64,000 nt of DNA from Candidatus Hermodarchaeota archaeon (GTDB lineage: Archaea; Asgardarchaeota; Lokiarchaeia; Sigyniarchaeales; SOKP01), in NCBI GenBank assembly GCA_048885925.1, contig JBHLLG010000001.1:291105-355104 (forward strand). The letters run 5' to 3'. Position numbers and translations under genes: made by a program. Under the pieces are notes generated by a model. It did not search any database, was not told the DNA's origin, and was given only the letters and a program-made list of their open reading frames with translations. Positions within the stretch are counted from its first letter, which is position 1, and each line of letters starts with the position of its first letter. Shown here in pieces: positions 22,101 to 32,004 of this stretch.

Positions 22101-22989
22101 GCATTTTAGCGAGAAAAAAATATTAGAACATGCCAAGCGAACAATATTCGAAATTGATCTGGATAATTATTATATCTATGTAGAAGAAGTGATTCAATTC
22201 TTAGATTATGTAAAAACTATAGATCAAATGAGTCTTTACAATAAAAATCTTAAGGAGAGTTTAAAAAAAATTATCTATCTAAAACTTTCGAGAGCTAATA
22301 TGAAAAAAGAGCACATGAAAAAGGTACGGGATGGGTTGTTAGATGTATTAATCAAACAAGGATATCTAGTTGAACATCATCCCAGACAGGCAAGTGGTTC
22401 ACAAACAATAAGAACATCATATTGCGTTGGAGAGCGCTATCAACAAGCTTTAAAAGAATATTTTAAGACAAAAGGAAAGGCACAGACTGATATTAATGTT
22501 GAGATCATGGAAAAGGCAACTACGCAGACTCCCCGTCTCACAGATATATTTAAGGTATCCCAACCACCTAGAAAATATATTATCCAAAAAGAGAATCTCC
22601 AACTAGCATTAATGCGTGAATTTAGCCATTTTCATTTTGATATATTTAAAATGTATCGCTATATCAAACATGAAGATTATGCCCAGGTATTAAAGATCGG
22701 ACATGATTTAATTAGTCAATTTTTAACAGGGGTATACAGAGATTATAATAATATGAATGGGGAAGTTACTGCCCCTATTTTTTCACAATTTCTAGAATAT
22801 TTAGTGACCTTCGAGCATTTTCCGTTTACCTTAGCAGAACTTCATAACTATATTGAAAAGTATAAATTAATCGATGTTCAAGCAGGAGGACCATTAGCCA
22901 TAGAAGTATATCAGTTTCTTTACATTTTTTTTATTCGAATTTTAAATTACATTTACAAGGGATATAATAACAATGGAATCAACAAATAA
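19162..22989 (+). CDS. Large membrane protein with degenerate VirB4/HerA/FtsK-like P-loop domain
   Basis: Two TM pairs; pseudo-Walker A LLIINGETKQRE then LIFDYSG, TVIIDLS, pseudo-Walker B CIIVPNVD, GLIVTANQ. Confidence 0.6.
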   Translation: MVKGYDTEDEMFEISTRKKKKVVIEEKGVPKHRFRLWDDNPSFKDINTTFSYIKLGFLSVMVMFIIISSYLLFGNVWGAVGFGIFCLVIFIGIFHEEFHGLRYLFRFGTTLTINLFEDFVFWYEKEAPKTLYLSNKKDLIHIALQIYKITVIPEKIHAAIVNFVRAMGSKDIRLSYSYQIVQKPIIPLDYTNISRETALKSLHSKEATIYFIVFYREKGLLTQHKIDHMNYFITKYSNNLKSNLVSNFHHFKTKCLSRDALVNAIRTFFVKTDISSKQNNTKTSHHYINKAHFLGKLSITCILLIYIDIVLFTIKLFYGYILLINSVFIVSFLFIWWRVAFFQITKRRLYHNHKYVVVNPFKNLRVHFSKIYPYTLFIHIDQRVLLGMKMVNLKHVFKSPYCDIGKFIESLNNQNVYFSYTLRNGALEYYYVYKYGLKHMYEKVKKKMLFHPYKRIKNEEDSEVWLGYRAGMWYSLLTMSANIYRFTSKIHNDLLREVENELVRQIDTLKGAFNGNSYGYQLEDLRGATLLSGFLFSCLKYNGFRLNGSHLNYIMMQGTTMYSLTAIADILKKGVEAEIPAEFNTPLYLENFLTIGYTINTEVLESEVPVGFTHDQIKNLLIINGETKQRELICLKIVAELIKVQLPSLIFDYSGIWSKLMSYFRYTRYEQDILYFKYRSAFVIDPISSDIPHDKNQIEYINYMLYAFGLALKKDDRTIEMFRNILQRHPDEDLKTIVTSLKNQSEWEKSPISDVLLSLLSDFSQEDLSYFQSAQTKGIVPNDFIRNNKTVIIDLSAIKELNKKSYLTFTILAKIIHYINQGGKFYEKCIIVPNVDNFFDFFYLDIKRNYDKVDLFLKPLFDNNFGLIVTANQIHYLHANFLLYFHNYITLRATDNRDVSILRNIMNLNELEGTGYYSDSRKNSYQVLYLKNLKDNKVLIRRDDIAQLFPALIAWEDLDESPLMSYVEIVRHMKDQGYDVHFSEKKILEHAKRTIFEIDLDNYYIYVEEVIQFLDYVKTIDQMSLYNKNLKESLKKIIYLKLSRANMKKEHMKKVRDGLLDVLIKQGYLVEHHPRQASGSQTIRTSYCVGERYQQALKEYFKTKGKAQTDINVEIMEKATTQTPRLTDIFKVSQPPRKYIIQKENLQLALMREFSHFHFDIFKMYRYIKHEDYAQVLKIGHDLISQFLTGVYRDYNNMNGEVTAPIFSQFLEYLVTFEHFPFTLAELHNYIEKYKLIDVQAGGPLAIEVYQFLYIFFIRILNYIYKGYNNNGINK

Positions 22990-23311
22990 ATTCATACATG
23001 AAAATTTGGAAGCGATCTTATTTGATGAAGATCGGCTTACCTCATTAAAAGAAGCCATTCATAAAGTCGCAATGGGAAAACTTTCGACTCGAGCTTTTAA
23101 GGATCTGTTTCTTAAATCTCAAATTCAGTTGTTTGAAAAATTAGTGGATTTTTTTCCTTTCTGTGTTAAAAATATGAATACTGCCCTCTCTTTGGATACG
23201 ATCACAAATCAAAAAGATCTTTCTCCTGAGTTAGAAGAAAAGGATAATGTTATTAAAGAAATTGGAATAAGGATACAAAGAATTTATGAGAAATTAAAAG
23301 AAAAGATATAA
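22973..23311 (+). CDS. Small helical hypothetical protein
   Basis: Overlaps previous stop; T-rich tract follows. Confidence 0.65.
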   Translation: MESTNKFIHENLEAILFDEDRLTSLKEAIHKVAMGKLSTRAFKDLFLKSQIQLFEKLVDFFPFCVKNMNTALSLDTITNQKDLSPELEEKDNVIKEIGIRIQRIYEKLKEKI

Positions 23312-23483
23312 AAGAATTTTCACAATCTCTTTTTCTCTCTTCAGAATTGGAAAAAACACTATAAAAGGTATTTAAAGAAAAAAAATTGCATCCTATTTCT
23401 TCTTTTTTATTTAAATATACTCGGCAATTTTGATGTTAAATAGGAGTAAGCCTCCCATTTAATACTCAATATAACAAAATTGA

Positions 23484-24767
23484 TTGACCATGTTATCAGT
23501 TTCCTATGATGAAATGTTTATGAACTTCACTCAACAGTTTTTACAGTCATTCGAAAAAATTGCTAATTGTGATTTTCAAGTAGGTACCCATTTTGATTTC
23601 GAAATTGAGGGAAGAACTCAAAAGAAGCGTATCAATCCTCTTATTCGATTAGCGACACCAGAAGATATCGATGAAATTATTTTTACTTATAGAGATATTT
23701 ATGAAGATTCATATCCCTATAAAGAAATGGAAGATCCAGGAGAAATTCGAAGAATGATTAAGAGTCCTAATGTTGAGTGGCTTATTTTTGAGACTTTATC
23801 TGGTGAAATTGTTGGAAGTTTTACCTTTATACTTGACTTTGAGAAAAAACTAGGAAATATTCGAGGATTTGTCATAAAGAAGAAATTCTTAGGAAAAGTT
23901 GATATTATGAAGATGGCTATGGGCTCCATCATCGCCATGTATAAGAAATATAATGATAGAATTTTTCGGTGGTACGGAGAATGCAGAACTGCTCATACCA
24001 AATCTCAACATTTTTGCAGTGCGTTTGGGTTTAAACCTGTTGGTTTCTATCCTTGTAAGGATATTTTCTATAATAAAGTTGAGTCTGACTTATTAATTGT
24101 AAGTTATGACGAAAGGGCTTTGACTACGCTGCGATGTAAAAATACCCCAAAAATTCTTCCTGAAGTTCTTAATGGGTTTTTATATTCTGATAGGCGCTAT
24201 CATTTAGGTTCATGCAAAATTGAAAATTTCAATAATGTTAGTTATAATAATCTCAAAATTAAAAAATTAGGAAAAATGCTTTTGAGAAACATATCAAAAG
24301 ATCGATTTGGCTATGAAACGATTATATTTTCTTTTGATAATTCAGATTCTTACTTTGAATTTTTATATACTCCTACTGTTCAGAATTTTGAAAAAACATC
24401 TTATAAAGTAAATTCGATAGAAGAACTTTATGTATTTGTTAAAGAATTTTTGAAATACGGAAAGCAATATAATATCCGTTATTGCGAAGCTTTTGTCTCT
24501 GCATATAAACCTAATCATCAAAAATTATTTTATGATTTAGGTCTTTATCCACGAGGTTATGTTCCAAGCTGGAATTATAATCATCAAACAAGGAAATTTG
24601 ACGATTTTATCTTATTCAATTGGTATCGGGGAGAGATCGTAGATATTCAGTTGCTCGATGAAGGTAAAGATCTTTTAGATATACTAGGAGTTCAATATTC
24701 CTGTGAATCGCGAAGTATTCAACAGAAACATATGAAATTGTCACATTTATCTCCTTTGAAATTATGA
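23484..24767 (+). CDS. GNAT-family acetyltransferase-like protein
   Basis: IRLATPEDIDEI, ECRTAHTKSQ, FGFKPVGFYP; second GNAT-like half. Confidence 0.7.
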   Translation: MTMLSVSYDEMFMNFTQQFLQSFEKIANCDFQVGTHFDFEIEGRTQKKRINPLIRLATPEDIDEIIFTYRDIYEDSYPYKEMEDPGEIRRMIKSPNVEWLIFETLSGEIVGSFTFILDFEKKLGNIRGFVIKKKFLGKVDIMKMAMGSIIAMYKKYNDRIFRWYGECRTAHTKSQHFCSAFGFKPVGFYPCKDIFYNKVESDLLIVSYDERALTTLRCKNTPKILPEVLNGFLYSDRRYHLGSCKIENFNNVSYNNLKIKKLGKMLLRNISKDRFGYETIIFSFDNSDSYFEFLYTPTVQNFEKTSYKVNSIEELYVFVKEFLKYGKQYNIRYCEAFVSAYKPNHQKLFYDLGLYPRGYVPSWNYNHQTRKFDDFILFNWYRGEIVDIQLLDEGKDLLDILGVQYSCESRSIQQKHMKLSHLSPLKL

Positions 24768-24857
24768 AATCTTAATTAATTCGTATTTTCTTTTAAATTA
24801 ATATACTTTAAATAACCCAAGGCTATAATCATTAAAAAATAGGAGTAATTACTTATA

Positions 24858-25727
24858 TTATTCAACAAACTCTTCCATCTTTAATTCTTTTTTTATTAAG
24901 TAATTTGATTTTTTATAAAGACCAGTAAATATAGTGATGAATATAAATATATCTATTGATTCTGCTATAATGACAAATAAAGAAGATTCACCGACAATAA
25001 ATTGTATTATCGGCCTTAAAATGGATGTGATTAAATAGAAGCCAAATCCAATCATGAGGATAAAGGTGTTAACTTGGGATAATCGTTGATTTCTCCACGC
25101 AAAATTAAACAACCACACAATCGCGATCAATGAAGGAAGAATTGTAATTGGATATATGATGGGAGAATTTTCTATAGTTAAAACAAAAATATCGACAATT
25201 ATTTCAATAGCAACAATTATTATTAAAATCCAGGTTCTAACCGTATTGAGAGTGTTTTCGTTATTCAGTCTTTTGAACCTTTGCCTCAATGAGAGTGAAA
25301 ATAAAATCATAAAAATACTAAGGGACATCATTGGGAGGAGATTTAAGATTGCGATAAGATATCGAGCTTTCATAACAAGGAGCAGTAATTCTTGATCTAA
25401 CTGAAAGTAACTAAAATCAATGAATAAGTCTAATAATTTTCCAAAAATAAGCAGTAAGAAAAAGATACCGAACAGAAAAGGGATATCTGAGAAATATTGT
25501 TTTTCTTGTTTAAACCATCTATAGAAGGTATAGATTGCCATTAAAGAAACAAGAAACACACGAATCCCTATAGTTATGACAATTGTTAAGGTCCCTTCGT
25601 GGGTTTGGTAAGTTTCAACTAAAATAGCCCAATTAAAAATATATAGAAACGAGATAGCAATGATTCCAATTATAATACTACATACCAATAAAGGCAAAAA
25701 AGTTAATTTTATTTTTTGAAAAGTCAT
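24858..25727 (-). CDS. Multi-pass membrane protein
   Basis: About 8 hydrophobic helices. Confidence 0.75.
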   Translation of the reverse strand: MTFQKIKLTFLPLLVCSIIIGIIAISFLYIFNWAILVETYQTHEGTLTIVITIGIRVFLVSLMAIYTFYRWFKQEKQYFSDIPFLFGIFFLLLIFGKLLDLFIDFSYFQLDQELLLLVMKARYLIAILNLLPMMSLSIFMILFSLSLRQRFKRLNNENTLNTVRTWILIIIVAIEIIVDIFVLTIENSPIIYPITILPSLIAIVWLFNFAWRNQRLSQVNTFILMIGFGFYLITSILRPIIQFIVGESSLFVIIAESIDIFIFITIFTGLYKKSNYLIKKELKMEEFVE

Positions 25728-25893
25728 ACACTCTATTTTTCACCTAACTATAAAAATTAATATTTTTTTTAAAAAACAATATTTTAAAGGGCAAAGAAAG
25801 CTATTTCTTGAGTTTTCAAAATTAGACTTTTATTTTTTTCCTTTATATATAATAGGAAAAGAGTAGTATCATAAAATATTTTTAATTTAAAAT

Positions 25894-27042
25894 GTGAATT
25901 TACTGATGCAAGTAGTAGAAAAAATAGATTTAACAACATCGTTTGACCTTGAGGAAATTAGGATTGCATTACAAGACACTCTGTATGTGCCAAATATTTA
26001 TGTAAAAAGCAAAGTAATTGATGAAATTATCCTTTATTTAAAGAAATGTTTTTCCGAACCAGAGTATAAAATGAAACCAATTATTGCATATTATAATGGA
26101 AGGGTCTTAGGATTTGTACTTTGTTGTATTGAACCTCATTATACTAGTTACAGTAGAAAATGTGGTACCTTTGGATGGTTACAAGCAGATTCTTTAGAAA
26201 TTTGTAGGCATTTAATGAGAGAATGTGAGCAATTTATCAAGGAAAATAAAATTAGAAGAATTAGAGGTCCTATTAACTTTCCTAAAAGTATGGGAGGAAT
26301 GGGAATACAATTTTTAGGTTTCCGAGAACAAATGCTTTATGGAGTGGGATTTACAGATCCTCAATCAAAAGTTCTAGAATGCTTAGAGGCTTTAGGATAT
26401 CAGAAAGAATCTGAATATACTTGTGTTTATGTCGCTCAAAGAAGTTGGACAAAAGGAAAAAAAGTCGATAAAAATATTGTTCTTAAATATCTCACTTTGG
26501 ATGAATTGTATAATCATATTGAAGCTATTGAAAATTTGGCTGCGAATTCATTGTATCAAATAATGCCTGACTCCTCGGGAATTAACCGCATTTATGAAGT
26601 CTTTGATGCGTACCGTAAACAACCTAAGTCTTTTTATAAACTCAAGACAGAATTTAACCCAAGAGATTACACAAATATACCAGAGTTTATAGAAGCTTGG
26701 GAAAATTGTGACCTCGAGAAGATTGAAGCTCAACCTACGGCTTTTGATAGAAAGACTGGAGAATTAGTAGGCATTATTTTGACCCTACCTGATTTATTTG
26801 AGACTTGGACTGGAAATCCAATTACTCGTGTGAATGTAGATACCGCAATGATAAAAAAAGGCTATTATGGAAAGGGTATTTTTTCAGCACTTAATAATAT
26901 TGGTCAAATCACGTATAGTCTACGAGGTGCCTATTATTATGAAGGAACATACATATGGTCTAATAACTCACGGGCAATTGACACAATATTTCCCCATTGT
27001 AAACCGATACGAAAACACTATGTAATGCAAAAACGTATTTAA
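25894..27042 (+). CDS. GNAT-fold protein (YghO-like)
   Basis: GTFGW...IRRIRGPINF, YYGKGIFSAL, EGTYIWSNN. Confidence 0.65.
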   Translation: MNLLMQVVEKIDLTTSFDLEEIRIALQDTLYVPNIYVKSKVIDEIILYLKKCFSEPEYKMKPIIAYYNGRVLGFVLCCIEPHYTSYSRKCGTFGWLQADSLEICRHLMRECEQFIKENKIRRIRGPINFPKSMGGMGIQFLGFREQMLYGVGFTDPQSKVLECLEALGYQKESEYTCVYVAQRSWTKGKKVDKNIVLKYLTLDELYNHIEAIENLAANSLYQIMPDSSGINRIYEVFDAYRKQPKSFYKLKTEFNPRDYTNIPEFIEAWENCDLEKIEAQPTAFDRKTGELVGIILTLPDLFETWTGNPITRVNVDTAMIKKGYYGKGIFSALNNIGQITYSLRGAYYYEGTYIWSNNSRAIDTIFPHCKPIRKHYVMQKRI

Positions 27043-27096
27043 TACATAAAATTACAATTTATTTTATTAAACAAAAAAAAATTAGAGATTTTCTTA

Positions 27097-28260
27097 TTAT
27101 ATTGGAATTGTAGGTTGCGCCTGTTTTTTCTTTCGGTACATATCGATATTTTTTCTTATTGAATTTCTATTTGGATCTTTTTCTACTTGAGTATTGATAT
27201 ACTCAACTATTTCTTCTTGAGTAACTCCAATCTGATTGAAAAAGGTATTTACCGCTTCTGTTTTGAATTTGTTTTCAAGAATTAAAGGAGCTACCATTTT
27301 TAATGTTCGCAACCATTTCTTTCGTGACTCTGGATTTTGACGTACCAATTCAGCATATTGACAAGCATATAAGATACCACCGTATCTGTTTAAGTCATAG
27401 AACGTAGCAGCATGGATCACATTGCAATTGGTAAGTAATGGATCAGAATGACCTTTTTTAATATAGTTTTTTGACTCTACTAAGGCAATAATATCTTGTT
27501 CTCGATATGGGATTATGTGGTAAGGAAGTAACACACGAGGAATGATTCCACTCTGTATTTCTTCTGGAGTTAAATACCATCTATGGTCATATTCGTTAAA
27601 AGAAGGATCATTGAAAACTAAGTCTGGCATCCAATTTTCAATAACTTCTTTCTGTGGCATTTCATAGAAATAGCGAAAGGTTTGGTCAGGTGAATAACCA
27701 AATAATACATAAGAAATTTCCCGTTTTATTGCTTCTTTTACTACAATACTATGGATTAAATCAGAACAATGATCACATATGCAACGTGCTAAAAAGGTCT
27801 CATTAGATGTATGATTAAAGAAATGCCATTTATAGAGTTTGGCAAACGTGCTTTTACAATCTTCAATAACCACATGTTCCACCCGAATTCGATCCAATGT
27901 ATCTTTGATATTAGTTTTCGCAATCTCTGTCATAAAACCTGTATCTGAAGTAACAGTTAAAGGAGTTAATCCTATATCATTTACCAGATAATCTAAAAGT
28001 GCTGTTGAGTCCTTTCCTCCGGAATACCCTAAAATGCAATCATATTCTCTTTGACCATGATTTTTTTGCATATCTTTTACCACTAACTCCCAATCTTTTA
28101 GAGCCTTGTTCTTTCTTTCCATAGTAATTATAGTTCGAAAATAATTGACATTTTGATAGGTGGAGTCTGCACAGAAATTACAAAGTCTATCTGAATTCAA
28201 TTTAATTCCCAAAAACCCTTCAGGTAAAATACATTTTTGGCATATATGTTGTTGTATCAT
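27097..28260 (-). CDS. PP-loop ATPase, N-acetyl sugar amidotransferase (WbuX-like) family
   Basis: CQKCILP, LCNFC, YDCILGYSGGKDST, CDHC. Confidence 0.75.
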   Translation of the reverse strand: MIQQHICQKCILPEGFLGIKLNSDRLCNFCADSTYQNVNYFRTIITMERKNKALKDWELVVKDMQKNHGQREYDCILGYSGGKDSTALLDYLVNDIGLTPLTVTSDTGFMTEIAKTNIKDTLDRIRVEHVVIEDCKSTFAKLYKWHFFNHTSNETFLARCICDHCSDLIHSIVVKEAIKREISYVLFGYSPDQTFRYFYEMPQKEVIENWMPDLVFNDPSFNEYDHRWYLTPEEIQSGIIPRVLLPYHIIPYREQDIIALVESKNYIKKGHSDPLLTNCNVIHAATFYDLNRYGGILYACQYAELVRQNPESRKKWLRTLKMVAPLILENKFKTEAVNTFFNQIGVTQEEIVEYINTQVEKDPNRNSIRKNIDMYRKKKQAQPTIPI

Positions 28261-28489
28261 GTAATCACTTTTTAGAAAGTTCTATGATCTAATTAGATAG
28301 TTGTATTTAAAGGAAAAATAAATAAAATCTTTCAATTTCGTTTCAGATTGTAAATTAGACTTTATTAAATAGAATTATGATAAAATAGTCCATATTTTGA
28401 GTAAATTATCTGTGGTTTCTTCCGATGTTATTTGAAGGTTTAAGATAATCTCACTTTCATAAATTTATATTACTTCTACTAATATAAAA

Positions 28490-29596
28490 TTATGAAAAAT
28501 CAAACTTGTATTTGTCTAATCCCATCTCTTTCTGCATTTTTAGAATATCTTCTTGTATACTTTTGTTTAAAGGAATACCTTTCTCTTTTCTTTCAAGTTC
28601 AGCAAAATATTCTTTTTCTCCAGCGGTATATATTCGATCCTCATATGGTATTTTCCTTGAGTCTCTAAGATCTCTCATGACATTACCGGCTGTTCTTTTG
28701 AATGATTGTAATCCAGAAAAATTTTCAAGGTTAATCGCCAAGAAAAAGTGACCAACTTTAAGCCTTTTTTGACCATCCTCAACGATTCCAAGAGTGTCTT
28801 TTAAAAAAATACCCTCTTGTAAAGCAGCAGAGAGAAGTTCAACGACAGTTGCATAGCCATATCCTTTATATCCCGCTGTTTCTTCTCCCTTACCTCCTAA
28901 TGGCAATAGTGATGCTTTTCTTTCTAACATCTTTTTTAAAACTTTGTTAGGATTTGTTAAAATTTCACCATTTTCATCAATCACAGTATTTTCTGGAAGT
29001 AGTTTATTAATTCGAGCATTTACTTCAACTTTTCCTCTCTGTATGATTGAGGTAGCACAATCAAGAAGAAAAGGAAATTCCTCATCAGTAGGAGCTCCTA
29101 TTGTTAGTGGATTCGTTCCCAACATTGGTTCAGATCCAAAAGTTGGAGGAATAGATGGTCTCGCATTAGTAGTTACTATACCAATCATTCCTTCCTTTAT
29201 TGCCATAAGTGAATAATACCCAGCTATCCCAAAATGTGTAGAATTTCTAACTGCTACTGCTCCTAATCCATATTGTTTTGCTTTCTCAATTGCCATTTTC
29301 ATAGCCTTATAAGCGATTACATGACCCATTCCACAATTTCCATCTAAAAGGGCAGTCGTAAGGGTTTCTTTTATAACATCAATTTTAGTTATTGACTCGT
29401 AAATTCCTTCCTTAATTCGATCGTAATACATTTTACATCTCTGAATACCGTGTGACTCAATCCCTCTTAAATCGGAAGTAATTAGAACATTAGATATAAT
29501 AGTCGCATCTTCTTTAGGCACTCCAAGACCTTGAAAAACATCTCTCATAAAATTTTCAAGCTGATTAACATCAATATATACAATATCTTCCGACAT
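28490..29596 (-). CDS. Ldh_2-family malate/lactate/sulfolactate dehydrogenase
   Basis: DLRGIESHG, NSTHFGIAGYY, GTNPL, GYKGYG. Confidence 0.9.
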   Translation of the reverse strand: MSEDIVYIDVNQLENFMRDVFQGLGVPKEDATIISNVLITSDLRGIESHGIQRCKMYYDRIKEGIYESITKIDVIKETLTTALLDGNCGMGHVIAYKAMKMAIEKAKQYGLGAVAVRNSTHFGIAGYYSLMAIKEGMIGIVTTNARPSIPPTFGSEPMLGTNPLTIGAPTDEEFPFLLDCATSIIQRGKVEVNARINKLLPENTVIDENGEILTNPNKVLKKMLERKASLLPLGGKGEETAGYKGYGYATVVELLSAALQEGIFLKDTLGIVEDGQKRLKVGHFFLAINLENFSGLQSFKRTAGNVMRDLRDSRKIPYEDRIYTAGEKEYFAELERKEKGIPLNKSIQEDILKMQKEMGLDKYKFDFS

Positions 29597-29844
29597 TTTA
29601 GAAATTATTTTCTCGTGTTTGGTTATATTATATTTTTAAAACATTAAATCCGTTTAATTTTTACTTCTAAATAATAATTCTTATTATGAAATAAATAGTA
29701 ATATTCTTTTTCGTAATTCTATAAATATTTTCACTAAATGAAATATTTTCCACATATTATTTCCGTATATATATTACCAATTATACTAGCCTTTGTGATA
29801 CTATACAATGAATAATAGGATAATTATATATATTTAAGAAAGTT

Positions 29845-30702
29845 ATGAAGGAAAAAGAAAAACTGAAATGCCCGTTATGTAGTATTAAATTCATCCCGAG
29901 GACTTTTTACCCCGAAGAGTCAACATTTTCAAATACAGATGGAAAGATTTTATCTGGATTTGATGGTTATATAAGTTCTAGAGGCGTGAAACCATCTGAA
30001 GTAATCTTAGGTTCTTGGATTACATATTGTCCAAATTGCAATTATATTATGAAATTTGTTAAGGAAATTGTGAAAAAAGAAAAAATCCAATCACCAACCT
30101 TAGCAGCTAAAGATATTAAAGAAAAATATAATAATTATTACTTTGGATTTCCTTTTGAGGATTATTCACAATATTTAGCCAATGTTGCTAAGAATGTGAA
30201 TAAAAGTATTGAAAGCTCTCTTAAAGATTTGGATTTAAGTGTTTGGGAAAGTATGTATGATATTGAGGATACTTTTAAATTACTAGTTAGGTTTTATGCT
30301 AATCTAGAAAATTACTGCAACTCACAGAATCCAACAGATAAGGAGGCAGATTTACCGAGTAAAATAAAATTATTAAACATTTCTAAAGACTTGGAGAAAA
30401 CTTTAATAGAATTAAATGAAATAAGAAATCAAACTATTCAAGGAAAATATGAATTATCTGATAATGATAAAGATGAGATAAATAAAGCTGTTGTGAATTT
30501 TATATTAAATTTGATTGAAAGGCATATCAAGCCGCAAATTGATAGTAAAAAATTGAAAAATACATATAATTATATCGATTTAAAAGATCTTTATTCTGAA
30601 ATCAAAGCATTCCTTATTAGTTACTTAAACAGTTTTTTTAATCATGGAAAATCTGCTAATAATCAAATTAAACCATTTTTAGATCAAATCCTCTTAAATT
30701 GA
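29845..30702 (+). CDS. Hypothetical protein with N-terminal Zn-binding CxxC pairs
   Basis: CPLC...CPNC, helical C-terminus. Confidence 0.7.
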   Translation: MKEKEKLKCPLCSIKFIPRTFYPEESTFSNTDGKILSGFDGYISSRGVKPSEVILGSWITYCPNCNYIMKFVKEIVKKEKIQSPTLAAKDIKEKYNNYYFGFPFEDYSQYLANVAKNVNKSIESSLKDLDLSVWESMYDIEDTFKLLVRFYANLENYCNSQNPTDKEADLPSKIKLLNISKDLEKTLIELNEIRNQTIQGKYELSDNDKDEINKAVVNFILNLIERHIKPQIDSKKLKNTYNYIDLKDLYSEIKAFLISYLNSFFNHGKSANNQIKPFLDQILLN

Positions 30703-30794
30703 GGGAATTATCTTCAATTTCTTATTTTATCATTACTGGCATGTTATCACCATGCTATTTCTTTTTTTGAATCTCCGTTTCTAATTTTAAGTTT

Positions 30795-30959
30795 ATGATA
30801 TTAAATGATTTAAATACTAAAGTTAAAGGTAAATTCTACAAGGAAGTTACTATTGATGATGATGATGGAGAGGATATCGTATATGTATTTCCAGATACAA
30901 AAGAATTCCTATCAATAATTAGGAGAAAAGAAATTAAAAACAATTTGAGATCCAAATAA
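30795..30959 (+). CDS. Possible 54-aa ORF or gene remnant
   Basis: MILNDLNTKVKGKFYKEVTIDDDDGEDIVYVFPDTKEFLSIIRRKEIKNNLRSK read by eye; below the track cutoff. Confidence 0.3.
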   Translation: MILNDLNTKVKGKFYKEVTIDDDDGEDIVYVFPDTKEFLSIIRRKEIKNNLRSK

Positions 30960-31038
30960 TAAACAGGTTAAAAAGATAAAGAAATTTTAGTTGATTTATT
31001 GAAGGTATAACTTTAAATTTTATAGTGAATTATTATTC

Positions 31039-31317
31039 GTGGCCAACTTGGGCATGGCTGAAACCCCTTCTGCTGGGTGGACCACAAAATGCTCATAGTG
31101 GAAATTGCCTGAATTCAGATTTCATAAGCATTATTATCCAAGCTTATATTCCGTAGAAGCTGTCCCCATGATGGTGGGTGTCAGGGCAGTACCTTTTGTA
31201 GGAAAGGTATAAGCTCGTAATTAGAAAACCGGATAGGCCAGGGATGGAGCAGCCGTAACTATAGGCGTTCACGCTTCATGGTTAAGGCAGTGGAGGTGTA
31301 TGAGATTATTTGGTCAT
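31039..31317 (+). ncRNA. ffs: Archaeal SRP (7S) RNA
   Basis: Helix 8 UAGG-CCA-GGGA-UGG-AGCAG; helix 6 UACCUUUU-GUAG-GAAAGGUA; terminal helix GUGGCCAA/UUGGUCAU; TTTAAAT about 25 nt upstream; GC-rich island. Confidence 0.9.
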
Positions 31318-31349
31318 AATAGTAGGATTGAAATCGAGGTTTAGGTTTT

Positions 31350-31814
31350 TTATTCTTTCGGATTATTAGTACTCTTTTTATCAAATTTTAATCTATATTT
31401 ACATTTTTTATTATTGGATTTGAGAATACATTCATTAATTTCTAATTTGTATGTATAATCGGAATTTAGTGAAGCTAATATTGCAGTTGTATAAGGGATA
31501 CATATTGTTTCTTGGATAAGTTTAGCACGTTCTGAATTATGTTTTCCTCCAATAGGGCAAAAACTTTTAGAATACTTAAGTGAAACCTCAAGATTATTGT
31601 CATCTAAACTTTTAATTGTAGTTTTAGCATTGAGAACATTATAAATTTTCTTTAAACCGCTTTGTACTTCTGTAATACCCCTAGATTTAAGAATTTTGCC
31701 TAATTTAGCACCTAAACTAGTTGAGATTGACTTTGGAAGATTCTCACCACCGATATCAATCATTTGGTAAATAAAGTTTTGAAAAAACTTTAATGCATCT
31801 CGGTTTTTTGACAT
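31350..31814 (-). CDS. V4R/MetOD1-like domain protein, paralog 1
   Basis: DALKFFQ..MIDIGG.NLPK, FCPIGG, ICIPY, C..C. Confidence 0.75.
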   Translation of the reverse strand: MSKNRDALKFFQNFIYQMIDIGGENLPKSISTSLGAKLGKILKSRGITEVQSGLKKIYNVLNAKTTIKSLDDNNLEVSLKYSKSFCPIGGKHNSERAKLIQETICIPYTTAILASLNSDYTYKLEINECILKSNNKKCKYRLKFDKKSTNNPKE

Positions 31815-32004
31815 AATAATGATTCTATAATTTTAATAAAATAAAGAAAAGTATAGTTAAATCTCTACTTTTAGATATATAAAAATTATTATCAAAATTA
31901 TTTATTTAACAATAAAATAGAAAAGTTAAAGATTTCCAATAAATGTCTAATATTTTAATTAAGAAATGCCGAATTTAGTAGAAATTTAATGAAATTTATA
32001 ACTT

